DNA from: a phage | DNA: 64,000 nucleotides | Direction: 5' to 3' (one strand) | Sequence record: PQ724392.1 | Part shown: positions 27,415 through 36,400 of the stretch, one piece after another | Layout of the letters: each line of letters starts with the position of its first letter | Position numbering within the stretch: position 1 is the stretch's first letter | The notes under the pieces: model-generated | What the model was told of the DNA's origin: nothing | Seen by the model: the letters and a program-made list of their open reading frames with translations, nothing else | Database searches by the model: none | Made by a program: the position numbers and the translations under genes

Positions 27415-27840
27415 TTATTTTTGAGCTTTGCGGAAGTTGGAAGCATATGACTGAACAACAGTCTTTTTGATATCATGGGTGTTAACCAGAACATCAATCA
27501 GGGCGCGTCGAGCTGCACCATCTGCCATATCAATTTCTGCAAATGCCTGGAAGCAAATGTCACGAGCATTACCAGATTTAGACTGGATTTTTTCTTCTTT
27601 AACTTCTTCAATTGGGAATTCAATCATTTCAGCTTGGATTAATTCAATGATAGATTCTTTTGACTGTTTGGTGTTTACCTTCAGTTCAGAATTAAGGGAC
27701 TTAGCGATGGCAACAATCTGGGTTGAAGTCAGATGAATAAGTGCATCTTCACGAATGCAGATTTCACATACTTCGTCGGCAACCATTTTGTTAGTGATGC
27801 GGGTAACAGAGAATGCAGAAGTCAGGGTCAGGAAGTTCAT
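27415..27840 (-). CDS. hypothetical protein, paralog of 26890-27333
   Basis: ATG 27840 with GGAG RBS; shared C-terminal tail. Confidence 0.55.
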   Translation of the reverse strand: MNFLTLTSAFSVTRITNKMVADEVCEICIREDALIHLTSTQIVAIAKSLNSELKVNTKQSKESIIELIQAEMIEFPIEEVKEEKIQSKSGNARDICFQAFAEIDMADGAARRALIDVLVNTHDIKKTVVQSYASNFRKAQK

Positions 27841-27891
27841 TTTATTTCTCCAAAGTTTTGTTTGATTCAGTGTGTAACTCAGTATGGAATC

Positions 27892-27920
27892 ATTATGCAT
27901 CCAGTCAATTCGGATGTACA
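27892..27920 (-). promoter_or_regulatory. early promoter (TGTACA, 17 nt, CATAAT) in conserved leader cassette
   Basis: third copy of the conserved leader. Confidence 0.5.
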
Positions 27921-27958
27921 CTACTTTTTGAAGAAAATTTCAAATTTATTCGGGGTAT

Positions 27959-27980
27959 AAAAAAGCCCGCAATGCGGGCT
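27959..27980 (-). terminator. rho-independent terminator
   Basis: AGCCCGC..GCGGGCT hairpin followed by U-run on minus strand. Confidence 0.55.
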
Positions 27981-27981
27981 G

Positions 27982-28536
27982 TTAGTTCTTATAAAAGCGG
28001 AACGGATTTATATGAAAGGCGAGCATAGCCTTAGGGATTGGTCGGGACAGAAGACTCTTGAGCTTCCAGCCACAATAAACGCGCAGATAAAAGGTGATTC
28101 CACCGACCTTAAGATAAGGAACAGAAGCAAAAACACCCCAGGCATTATCCGTCCACATCCAGAGCCAGCCATGGTGAGCTTTGTCTGGGGAGCCGGATTC
28201 AACATCAGGATTACCTTTATAATGGAATTCTGAATTGCAATCACGACCAAGCTTGTGGTAAGCAAAATTGTATGCTTTATTTCGCCAGAGCCAGGCTACT
28301 CGTTGGAAGTAAACACCTAACGGCCATTTTCGGATTTTTGACCAACGTTCGACATGACCCCGGTCGCCATCAATCGGATTGTCATATGTCATCATCCAAT
28401 CAAATCCGAACGGAAGTTTACCAGTCTTTTTATTATGGAATGGAACTACAAATGGAGCCAGGATAACGGCCAGAATCATGGAGATAAAATCCAGCGGAAC
28501 TAACAGAATCCAACTCAAATATTTTAACAGTTTCAT
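27982..28536 (-). CDS. membrane-anchored Trp-rich hypothetical protein
   Basis: ATG 28536; N-terminal TM helix; TATAAATC late-like box upstream. Confidence 0.5.
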   Translation of the reverse strand: MKLLKYLSWILLVPLDFISMILAVILAPFVVPFHNKKTGKLPFGFDWMMTYDNPIDGDRGHVERWSKIRKWPLGVYFQRVAWLWRNKAYNFAYHKLGRDCNSEFHYKGNPDVESGSPDKAHHGWLWMWTDNAWGVFASVPYLKVGGITFYLRVYCGWKLKSLLSRPIPKAMLAFHINPFRFYKN

Positions 28537-28560
28537 ACGTTTCTCTTTAGTTGATTTATA

Positions 28561-28587
28561 AAAAAGCCCCAACCTTTCGGAAGGGGC
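28561..28587 (-). terminator. rho-independent terminator
   Basis: GCCCC..GGGGC hairpin with U-run on minus strand. Confidence 0.5.
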
Positions 28588-28625
28588 TATACCTTGTCGG
28601 GGTTCCACCTGCAAGGCAAGTGTTC

Positions 28626-29009
28626 TTATCCGCGAGCGAATGCCATTGCAGCGCGTTCGTTGGCACGGTCGGTGATGTTCAAGAATTTATCACGAGCGAT
28701 TTCGATTGGAGCGCCAACCCAGTCAGCAGCTCCATTACCCGGAGACTGTTTAGGGCGAACCATATAAGTTGAAACTTTGGAACCGGCTAGTTTGGCACCT
28801 GGCGCCGCGGCATTTTTAACGTCTTTAGCTTTGATGCCAAACCCAGTTACGATACCCCAAGAAACGCCATTAACTGGTTTCTTGAACATAACACGGTCAC
28901 CAATTGAAACACCGGCTTTTTCTGGAGCCACTAAAGAAAATTTACCAGCTTCAGTCAGTACAGATTCGGTGATGGTATTGCGATTTAAAAATTCTGCATA
29001 TGTAAGCAT
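28626..29009 (-). CDS. internal-protein-like protein (degenerate targeting sequence)
   Basis: MLTYAEFLNRN N-terminus; perfect TATAAATA about 32 nt upstream. Confidence 0.5.
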   Translation of the reverse strand: MLTYAEFLNRNTITESVLTEAGKFSLVAPEKAGVSIGDRVMFKKPVNGVSWGIVTGFGIKAKDVKNAAAPGAKLAGSKVSTYMVRPKQSPGNGAADWVGAPIEIARDKFLNITDRANERAAMAFARG

Positions 29010-29040
29010 TTTGTTTTTCCATTATTAGGGTTGTTGTTAA

Positions 29041-29048
29041 TATTTATA
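29041..29048 (-). promoter_or_regulatory. T4-type late promoter TATAAATA
   Basis: exact 8-mer on minus strand upstream of 28626-29009. Confidence 0.45.
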
Positions 29049-29241
29049 TTCCATAGTACCGGATGCACCATCCGCTCGGATTTCTCATACTACCGGGCGC
29101 ACCGCCCGCTCTGGAAAAACTCCGTAAAAGGGTGCGCCGTTTCAGCTGTGGTAGTAAAGAACCAGAACACAGTAAAACTGTGGGAGGAACTATACTTCAG
29201 GGAACTTCAGTCCGACGACTTACCGGTAGCGACCCGGTTTC

Positions 29242-29481
29242 TCATTCAATTGTAATAGCTAATTTGACTTTAACAACCTTATAATTGGAATCAAGGTCAT
29301 TGAATTCCATAAAATTTGTTGCTAATCTGCGAGTCGGGAAACTTAGATATTTATTATGCTCAGGTGGAGCAGTTAATGCAAACCATGGGACTTGTTTATC
29401 ATTTTCATCAAACTCATCAAAGCTATAAACCAGCTCGTTGTTGGTTATATCCATAACTGCATATGATTCACTAATAACCAT
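29242..29481 (-). CDS. hypothetical acidic protein
   Basis: ATG 29481 (GAGGA RBS) chosen so ORF does not overlap tRNA. Confidence 0.45.
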   Translation of the reverse strand: MVISESYAVMDITNNELVYSFDEFDENDKQVPWFALTAPPEHNKYLSFPTRRLATNFMEFNDLDSNYKVVKVKLAITIE

Positions 29482-29496
29482 AATATCCTCGGTAAT

Positions 29497-29573
29497 TGGT
29501 CGGGGTGGTGGGATTCTAACCCACAACCTACGGTTTAGAAGACCGTTGCTCTATACAATTGAGCTACACCCCG
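29497..29573 (-). tRNA. tRNA-Arg (anticodon UCU), CCA encoded
   Basis: hand-folded cloverleaf: 7-bp acceptor, D-stem GCTC/GAGC, anticodon loop CTTCTAA, T-arm GTGGG-TTAGAAT-CCCAC. Confidence 0.8.
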
Positions 29574-29575
29574 GG

Positions 29576-29649
29576 TGGCCCCATCCGGACTTGAACCGGA
29601 AACCTGCCAGTTATGAGCCGGATGCTCTAACCAATTGAGCTACAGGGCC
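29576..29649 (-). tRNA. tRNA with CAU anticodon (Met or Ile-lysidine type)
   Basis: hand-folded cloverleaf: acceptor GGCCCTG/TGGGGCC, T-arm TCCGG-TTCAAGT-CCGGA; abuts tRNA-Arg. Confidence 0.75.
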
Positions 29650-29654
29650 TAAAA

Positions 29655-29930
29655 TTAAATTACAAATCCAGCGGGAGCATTATCATCTTTAACCATATGC
29701 TGAATTGTATGATAAGTCATTTCTTCTGGAGCAACCAGATAAGCCGCCGTATTAACCAACGGGATTAATTTGACTTTATTAAATGTTGGACAACCAATTG
29801 ACATAAAGGTTTCGCCTGTTGGATGCTGAATTTCGCCAAATTGGCACTCATACGAGATAGAGCAACGTTTGGTAGTGGTTGTCTTTGTTTTAGGGTCATA
29901 AAAAGCTAATTTTAATACTAACATAAACAC
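29655..29930 (-). CDS. hypothetical protein
   Basis: 91-aa ORF upstream of tRNA pair. Confidence 0.45.
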   Translation of the reverse strand: MFMLVLKLAFYDPKTKTTTTKRCSISYECQFGEIQHPTGETFMSIGCPTFNKVKLIPLVNTAAYLVAPEEMTYHTIQHMVKDDNAPAGFVI

Positions 29931-30045
29931 CTCAAGTAAAATTAAGTAAAGTAAGTTTGATTAATAGCACATGCTATTATGAAAGGTTCTTTGAGGGAAG
30001 AACCTTTGGTAATAGAGGGTACTTATTAATAATAACACATTTTTA

Positions 30046-30528
30046 TTAAAGCATATCAAGCGCTTTAACAGATGGGATTCGGATTTCTTCTTCGATTATA
30101 TATAGCTTAACATAAGAAATTACACGCATGAAATCGCCATCATATTCGCAAGCCATACCAAGGAGCTCAGTAAGGGCTTCATTCAGGTAGTATTCTTCAT
30201 CATCGCCATTTAGCAATGCATCTAAATCTTCTACACCCAAAACCTTACTTAAAAATTCATGGGTTAACTGACCAGATTTTACGCCAGATTCAATGTGGGC
30301 AATAACCAAGTGTTTAACCACATCCCATTTTGAATTACCACATTTGTTGTGGTTGTTGCAATGCGAACCATGGAAAAGTTCCAGGATATATTTGTACTGT
30401 TGGATTTCTTGTTCTTCTACACCAAATACAGTCTGGGTTTTATAATTATCACCATCATTTTCCCAGGTTTCAATTTCAATCACATAACCTTTAGGGATGG
30501 TCTGACCAAATTTGATATTCATTCGCAT
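30046..30528 (-). CDS. hypothetical protein
   Basis: 160-aa ORF. Confidence 0.5.
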   Translation of the reverse strand: MRMNIKFGQTIPKGYVIEIETWENDGDNYKTQTVFGVEEQEIQQYKYILELFHGSHCNNHNKCGNSKWDVVKHLVIAHIESGVKSGQLTHEFLSKVLGVEDLDALLNGDDEEYYLNEALTELLGMACEYDGDFMRVISYVKLYIIEEEIRIPSVKALDML

Positions 30529-30908
30529 GTGCCTTCATCAACAATAGTATGTGTATTGGCATTGACAATCTGCCACCAGTCAAAGCGATTGGAACCATAA
30601 CAAGGCTTATTCTCGTTTTCTTTAATGATAACACGCAGTTCATCTTCAGTCGCAGCCTTTGCGATTAAGTCAGCATAACCGCCACGAGGATAATAGCTAT
30701 CACCAGCAAAGAGCAAAAAGTTTGTTTTGATATTCTTGAATTCTTCAAGAGTAATAACTGTTCCACCCGGTTGAACAATATCTACATAACTATATCCTAA
30801 TTTCTGTGCTTCATTTACCGCTTCGAGCAGGGTGTCGTGTGCCCACCCAATTTGACAATCTGGTTTTTCAGATGGGTTTGCCTGATAATCCGCATACACT
30901 TTATACAT
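30519..30908 (-). CDS. hypothetical protein (start trimmed)
   Basis: ATG 30908 with AGGTGA RBS. Confidence 0.5.
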   Translation of the reverse strand: MYKVYADYQANPSEKPDCQIGWAHDTLLEAVNEAQKLGYSYVDIVQPGGTVITLEEFKNIKTNFLLFAGDSYYPRGGYADLIAKAATEDELRVIIKENENKPCYGSNRFDWWQIVNANTHTIVDEGTCE

Positions 30909-30909
30909 T

Positions 30910-31095
30910 TTACTCACCTTTGGAGATTTTATCCATAACGAAAGAGATTGAACCAATTAAAAATGCAACTACTAAAGAGATTATATTCTCAGAAGTTGAA
31001 AGCATATTCAACATAAAGCCAGCAAACATGCTAAAACCAAAAGCGGTAACAGCAACAAGGGCAGTAACATTTCTAATTAATTCGCAACGTTTCAT
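30910..31095 (-). CDS. small membrane protein
   Basis: 61 aa, 2 TM; GAGGAG RBS. Confidence 0.45.
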   Translation of the reverse strand: MKRCELIRNVTALVAVTAFGFSMFAGFMLNMLSTSENIISLVVAFLIGSISFVMDKISKGE

Positions 31096-31154
31096 TTTAT
31101 TCTCCTCAGTAGTTGATGGGATAATTATAATGCAGTTATCCCATCGCGTATACT

Positions 31155-31397
31155 TTATTTTAAGTCTTCCAGACGTTTTTTCATCTTGGTGCCGTTCTTA
31201 GCAATCTCGCCTGCATCGGAACAAAGAGCAAGGAGAGCTTTAACTTTACCCTGGTCGCCTTTAAAAGATGATGCATCTACTGAATCAGCAAGTTCTTTGA
31301 TACGTGCAAACAGGCGCTCTGCTTCAGCAAGGGCTTGACCAAGTTTAACTTCCATACCATGAGAAGATTCTGTTATAAATGTTTGATAAGTTTTCAT
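31155..31397 (-). CDS. internal-protein-like capsid-targeted protein
   Basis: MKTYQTFITES targeting-like N-terminus. Confidence 0.55.
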   Translation of the reverse strand: MKTYQTFITESSHGMEVKLGQALAEAERLFARIKELADSVDASSFKGDQGKVKALLALCSDAGEIAKNGTKMKKRLEDLK

Positions 31398-31442
31398 GTT
31401 GTCTCCAAGCCATAAAAAGGGGATAATTATCCCCTTGTATTA

Positions 31443-31742
31443 TTACATCTTACTACCACGGATTACACCATAAGCGGCGAAGTCGTCAGTGATATTTTTA
31501 GGGGTGTTCTTACCAGTTTCAATGAAGGCAATGCTTGATTTCTGACTAAAAGAGGTAATTTTGTTATAGTTAGAGTCAAGGAAGGTATAACCATTTTTAC
31601 GCAACTGGTCAAAGTCTTCAGCGTCGCCTTTACCTTTGAAGTCAACCCATTTGTAGGTGTTTTTCTTCTGAAGGCCAAGAGGCCAGGTTTTTGCTTCCGC
31701 CAGGTAATTGTTTTCTACCAAAAATTCATGAAAAGTTTGCAT
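31443..31742 (-). CDS. internal-protein-like capsid-targeted protein
   Basis: MQTFHEFLVEN targeting-like N-terminus. Confidence 0.55.
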   Translation of the reverse strand: MQTFHEFLVENNYLAEAKTWPLGLQKKNTYKWVDFKGKGDAEDFDQLRKNGYTFLDSNYNKITSFSQKSSIAFIETGKNTPKNITDDFAAYGVIRGSKM

Positions 31743-31750
31743 TTGAAATC

Positions 31751-32023
31751 CTATTTAAGATAAATTGCATATTTTTTATAACCAGCTGTCTCATGACGGA
31801 GACCCTTGTCATTGGCAAAACGCTCAATGTTATTAATTTGGTTCTGGTCAAGTTCTGAAATGTCAAACGCGAAAAAGTTGCGTTTGTTGCCAATTGTTAT
31901 ATGGTCAGTTAAGTCAATGCTATACAGGTGATTGATATTGTCAATCATAGCTTTGACTGCTTTACTAATTTTTACTTCTTCATTCAGTTGTGACTCGTTG
32001 AAAAATTCATTGAAAGTTTTCAT
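31751..32023 (-). CDS. internal-protein-like capsid-targeted protein
   Basis: MKTFNEFFNES targeting-like N-terminus. Confidence 0.55.
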   Translation of the reverse strand: MKTFNEFFNESQLNEEVKISKAVKAMIDNINHLYSIDLTDHITIGNKRNFFAFDISELDQNQINNIERFANDKGLRHETAGYKKYAIYLK

Positions 32024-32031
32024 AAGAAACC

Positions 32032-32364
32032 TTATTTATAAAGTTTTGCCAGTTCTTTACGTCCGCGAGCAGACATAATAAATTGTTCATCGCCAATTTT
32101 AAAATAAGCCATACCGCCGTCAACAGCGATACCAATTTCTTTAGTACCTTCTTTGCCTTTCCACTTGCCACCAGATTTCAGGACAGCTTCAACTGCAGCT
32201 TTGGAATATTTGGATGTTTGAAAACGTTCATTACCAATCTGAAAGAAAACACCATCTGCATTTTTGGTTAAACCAAATTTCAGAGAGCCTTCACTATCAT
32301 CAATTGATTTGGTCTCATTGATGGCGGATTCAGCTAAAAACTCGTTATAAGTCTTGAGGTTCAT
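32032..32364 (-). CDS. internal-protein-like capsid-targeted protein
   Basis: MNLKTYNEFLAES targeting-like N-terminus; early promoter upstream. Confidence 0.55.
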   Translation of the reverse strand: MNLKTYNEFLAESAINETKSIDDSEGSLKFGLTKNADGVFFQIGNERFQTSKYSKAAVEAVLKSGGKWKGKEGTKEIGIAVDGGMAYFKIGDEQFIMSARGRKELAKLYK

Positions 32365-32399
32365 TTTAACTCCGTTTGTTCATTCGTTGGTGTAGGAAC

Positions 32400-32428
32400 A
32401 TAATACTGCACCTACACTCATTTGTACA
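32400..32428 (-). promoter_or_regulatory. early promoter (TGTACA, 17 nt, TATTAT) with hairpin over -10
   Basis: minus-strand reading just downstream of 57B stop. Confidence 0.45.
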
Positions 32429-33119
<691 letters not shown>

Positions 33120-33120
<1 letters not shown>

Positions 33121-33797
33121 TATATTACCTTATTAATTTTATCAAAAAGTTCTTCGAGTGTGCCATTGTTTTTAATAACAATGTCACTAGCTAGTGGTGG
33201 AAGTCCAGCTTCCGTAATGTGTGTATCGGTAGAATGATTTGCTTCATCGCGTTCTACAAAGATTATTGTAGCACCCATCGCCCGAAGCGAATCAAGTTCG
33301 TTCTTTTGACGAACATCTGGGACAACGTAATATTTATATCCAGAATAGAGGTTGTCAAGATAATCGCACGCAAAAGTTTTAATCCAAAACATGCTGTCGA
33401 ACTCTGTACAAACGATGTCAGTTCCAAGGGTCTGCATGAAACGTCTAACTGTCCAGGGCTCAACATTATTTAGTGTGTGAAATTCAATGATTTTACGAAC
33501 CATATCTGGATTCGGAAGGTCAAGATTGTATTGTTGTTTCAACCATTCAAGAGCATCAACCAGAAGAATATAAGCTTCGGTGTTGTTCATTATCAAGGTT
33601 TTTTCACGGTCATAACCTTGTCCATCAAAATTTTCCAGGGTCAAATTGTGTGGCAGGTCTTGACGAATCCACGCTTTATAAAGCGCTTCTTTAATCGGAC
33701 CTGCAAGCTGCCACTTTGTTCCGTTTTGACTAATAACATAATCAGCAGTCGTATCTTTACCACTGCGTTTTTTACCCACAATCGCAATTAATTTCAT
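33120..33797 (-). CDS. 1: Deoxynucleoside monophosphate kinase
   Basis: 225 aa; P-loop GKKRSGKDT; T4 gene order. Confidence 0.85.
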
Positions 33798-34393
33798 ACA
33801 TTTCTCATAGATGGATGCATTGACTTAGACCTGATTTCCTGTTGCATTGCTGCATTACTATCAATCTGTGGTCTACCTTCTATTATTATACCATCAATTT
33901 CTACAGCAAAAGACTTAAAGTTAAAAGTTGCTGTTGCATTGATAGCCGGGTCAGAATCTTCTTTATATGAGTACTGAATCTCTGACAGGTCGGACGGCCA
34001 TGCTCCATAGTAATGGATTGACATGACAATTTTGTCCTTGTTGTTATCTAAGATATGAAGCGTGACCGCTTCGGGGCGACCCTTCGGATGCCATGCTTTT
34101 GATTCGTGTGTGATGTAGTTGTTGAGCGAGAGCATCCATTTATAAATGTCAAGCCATGCTCTTAGGTCTTTGTCACACAGAAAGTTAACAATCAGTGGGT
34201 CGAATTCTATTGTACTACCAGGAAGACTGGAGCGATTTATACCTTGTGTTCCCCCAGGAACATCTGTCACAGGGATGTGAACACCAGGGAGGGTAACGTC
34301 TTGAACGTTGAGTTTAAAGGTCTGTGTGAGGTTTGAATCGCTTACCTCTAATATAAAGTTAGTCGTGTTAGTTTGATTATATAAACCTGACAT
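33794..34393 (-). CDS. 3: Tail completion / sheath stabilizer gp3
   Basis: start set to ATG 34393 downstream of gene 2 stop; position in 4-2-3-1 order. Confidence 0.7.
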   Translation of the reverse strand: MSGLYNQTNTTNFILEVSDSNLTQTFKLNVQDVTLPGVHIPVTDVPGGTQGINRSSLPGSTIEFDPLIVNFLCDKDLRAWLDIYKWMLSLNNYITHESKAWHPKGRPEAVTLHILDNNKDKIVMSIHYYGAWPSDLSEIQYSYKEDSDPAINATATFNFKSFAVEIDGIIIEGRPQIDSNAAMQQEIRSKSMHPSMRNV

Positions 34394-34478
34394 AATGCAC
34401 CTTGTTTGCTTTAAAACAATCAGTGTTATAATGGTTCTAGACCTTTGGTCCTTACCAATAACACTGACCGATAATAGA

Positions 34479-35312
34479 TTATGAATTTCTCCATACTTTC
34501 TGGGAAGAGAATCTTTTGCCTTTCGACATAAATTGTTGCAGCGGAAGCATAACAACGTTTGCCCAGTCGCTGGGCTTGATTTCAGTGATAGTACCTTTTA
34601 TATTGCCAGGTATATATGCTTTAATCATCTGGTCAGCCCCTTTAAATCCCTTCACCTTTGACCAATCAATCTTCAGATGAGTCTTGTTTGTAATCGTAGG
34701 AGTATTAGCATATTGCTTAAGAAGTTCCTCAAGGAACTCTTGACGTGCCTTCGGTGGAATATAGTGCAAGTTCAAACCATACATCAAATTGTGCTTACCT
34801 AACCCAAGATAAATGATTAACGGATATTTGTCCCAGTACGGAAGAGTATCCTTATGCTTTGCATCATAGATATAAGCATAAAGTTTGCCTGGTTGAGGTT
34901 TAGCCGTTACGTGGCCGCGAACTGATTTCTTAATTGTCTCTGCGAACCATCTGGCGGATTTGGTGTTGCTTGCAGCGCCTTCGTTAGCAATCTTATCTCT
35001 TATGCTCTTCCTAAAGCTATTCACCATTATCAGCTGGCGTTCAGCCTTCGTAAGTTTACCAGCAGGTTTCTTTTTGAGCTTGGATACTTTATAAGCAGTC
35101 TGAATTCTTGAATGATACCTCGACATGCTTTTGGTAAAGGTCGAATAGTTGATTCCTTTCTCTTCAGCAAACTTTTTCGAGGTCATTCCTTTTTCTTTTG
35201 CTGTATAAAATTCAACCCCTATCTCAACCCATTGTTGTTCTGATTTACTGGGTTTCGGACCTGGTTTATCTGCAGATTCATTGATAAATGTAAAAATACT
35301 CATCCTTTCCAT
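34479..35312 (-). CDS. 2: DNA end protector gp2
   Basis: 277 aa; basic protein between 4 and 3. Confidence 0.8.
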   Translation of the reverse strand: MERMSIFTFINESADKPGPKPSKSEQQWVEIGVEFYTAKEKGMTSKKFAEEKGINYSTFTKSMSRYHSRIQTAYKVSKLKKKPAGKLTKAERQLIMVNSFRKSIRDKIANEGAASNTKSARWFAETIKKSVRGHVTAKPQPGKLYAYIYDAKHKDTLPYWDKYPLIIYLGLGKHNLMYGLNLHYIPPKARQEFLEELLKQYANTPTITNKTHLKIDWSKVKGFKGADQMIKAYIPGNIKGTITEIKPSDWANVVMLPLQQFMSKGKRFSSQKVWRNS

Positions 35313-35749
35313 CCTAATTTTTTCAGTGAGTTTTCAGTGATTATCCTGAACGTTATACCCATTTTATCTGCGGTAGCTTGCGCAGCTTTCCATTTGTCAG
35401 AGTTAACACTCCAGGTGTACATCTCGTTAATAAATCTCTTTTTACTCGCGGCTGTATTATTAACTGGCTTGGTTGGAGGTCTTGTTTCTTTTAATGGCTT
35501 AACTTCGAAAAAGAACTGTTGTCCTGTATCAAACTTAACCCAGAAATCCATATAATATCTGCGCTTTTTCCCTTCAGCATTGCAGAAGTATGGAATAATC
35601 ACAGTCTCAGAGCCCCATTGAACAACGTTCGGATGGTTGTCGAGCCATCTCATCAGCCACGCCTCCCAGCTTGACCGGTATTGTATTTTCTTCCAGTCGC
35701 CCTTATATTTTTCTATATTAGTGGGCTTAAATTTCCCGGAGTATGCCAT
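35300..35749 (-). CDS. 4: Head completion protein gp4
   Basis: 149 aa; MAYSGKF...[14 protein letters not shown] matches remembered T4 gp4. Confidence 0.9.
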   Translation of the reverse strand: MAYSGKFKPTNIEKYKGDWKKIQYRSSWEAWLMRWLDNHPNVVQWGSETVIIPYFCNAEGKKRRYYMDFWVKFDTGQQFFFEVKPLKETRPPTKPVNNTAASKKRFINEMYTWSVNSDKWKAAQATADKMGITFRIITENSLKKLGWKG

Positions 35750-35777
35750 ATAGCCTCCTAATAAATATTGATATACT

Positions 35778-35785
35778 TATTTATA
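35778..35785 (-). promoter_or_regulatory. late promoter TATAAATA for gene 4
   Basis: exact 8-mer on minus strand about 29 nt upstream of gene 4 ATG. Confidence 0.45.
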
Positions 35786-35797
35786 AATGGAGGCTTT

Positions 35798-36400
35798 ATG
35801 CTTTTTTCATTTTTTAACCCAATTGATTATGATGCTAAAACAATCAGAAAAAACTCGGCATCATTAACGAAAGAAGATGTCTTAAGCATCCCAATGACTG
35901 ACATCTTCAGAAACTATCGTGCATATTTTGATAAGGTCGCGGTTAATTATACACCGAAAACATATTACATCGCCGGAGCTCCGAGACCTGAAGAACTTGC
36001 ATATCAGCTCTATGGTAATACTCAACTCTATTGGGTTCTCCTTATGCTTAATAATATCTATGACCCGTATTATGGTTGGATATGTTCACAAGAATCATCG
36101 TATCAGGCATCCATTCAACGCTATTCGAATATAGGTGGTAATCAGGTTCTTTATCATGTAAATGAAGATGGTGAAAAATTCTGGAATCTTGTTTCTTATC
36201 CTGATAATCCATACACATGGTATGATAAAGGTGATAAGAACAAATTATACCCGCAATATGAAGGCCCATTAGCTGCAGTGGATATCTACGAAGATGCTAT
36301 TCGCAAAAATGAATATAAACGAGAAATAAAGATAATCGACCCTAATGATATCGAATCATTTATTTCGGCATTAATCCGCGAGATGGAGAAGGCGCTATGA
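35798..36400 (+). CDS. 53: Baseplate wedge protein gp53
   Basis: 200 aa from ATG 35798 (GGAGG RBS); MLFSFFNPIDY matches T4 gp53 start. Confidence 0.85.
   Translation: MLFSFFNPIDYDAKTIRKNSASLTKEDVLSIPMTDIFRNYRAYFDKVAVNYTPKTYYIAGAPRPEELAYQLYGNTQLYWVLLMLNNIYDPYYGWICSQESSYQASIQRYSNIGGNQVLYHVNEDGEKFWNLVSYPDNPYTWYDKGDKNKLYPQYEGPLAAVDIYEDAIRKNEYKREIKIIDPNDIESFISALIREMEKAL

Noticed and set aside
29010-29650. Additional tRNA genes beyond the two called
   Set aside because: Could not fold a cloverleaf with acceptable acceptor and T arms in 29010-29241 or 29931-30045; left as candidate structured RNA.
29981-30012. 10-bp perfect inverted repeat (AAAGGTTCTT..AAGAACCTTT) as a terminator
   Set aside because: Strong hairpin between two minus-strand genes but no U-run on either strand; function unclear, so not annotated.
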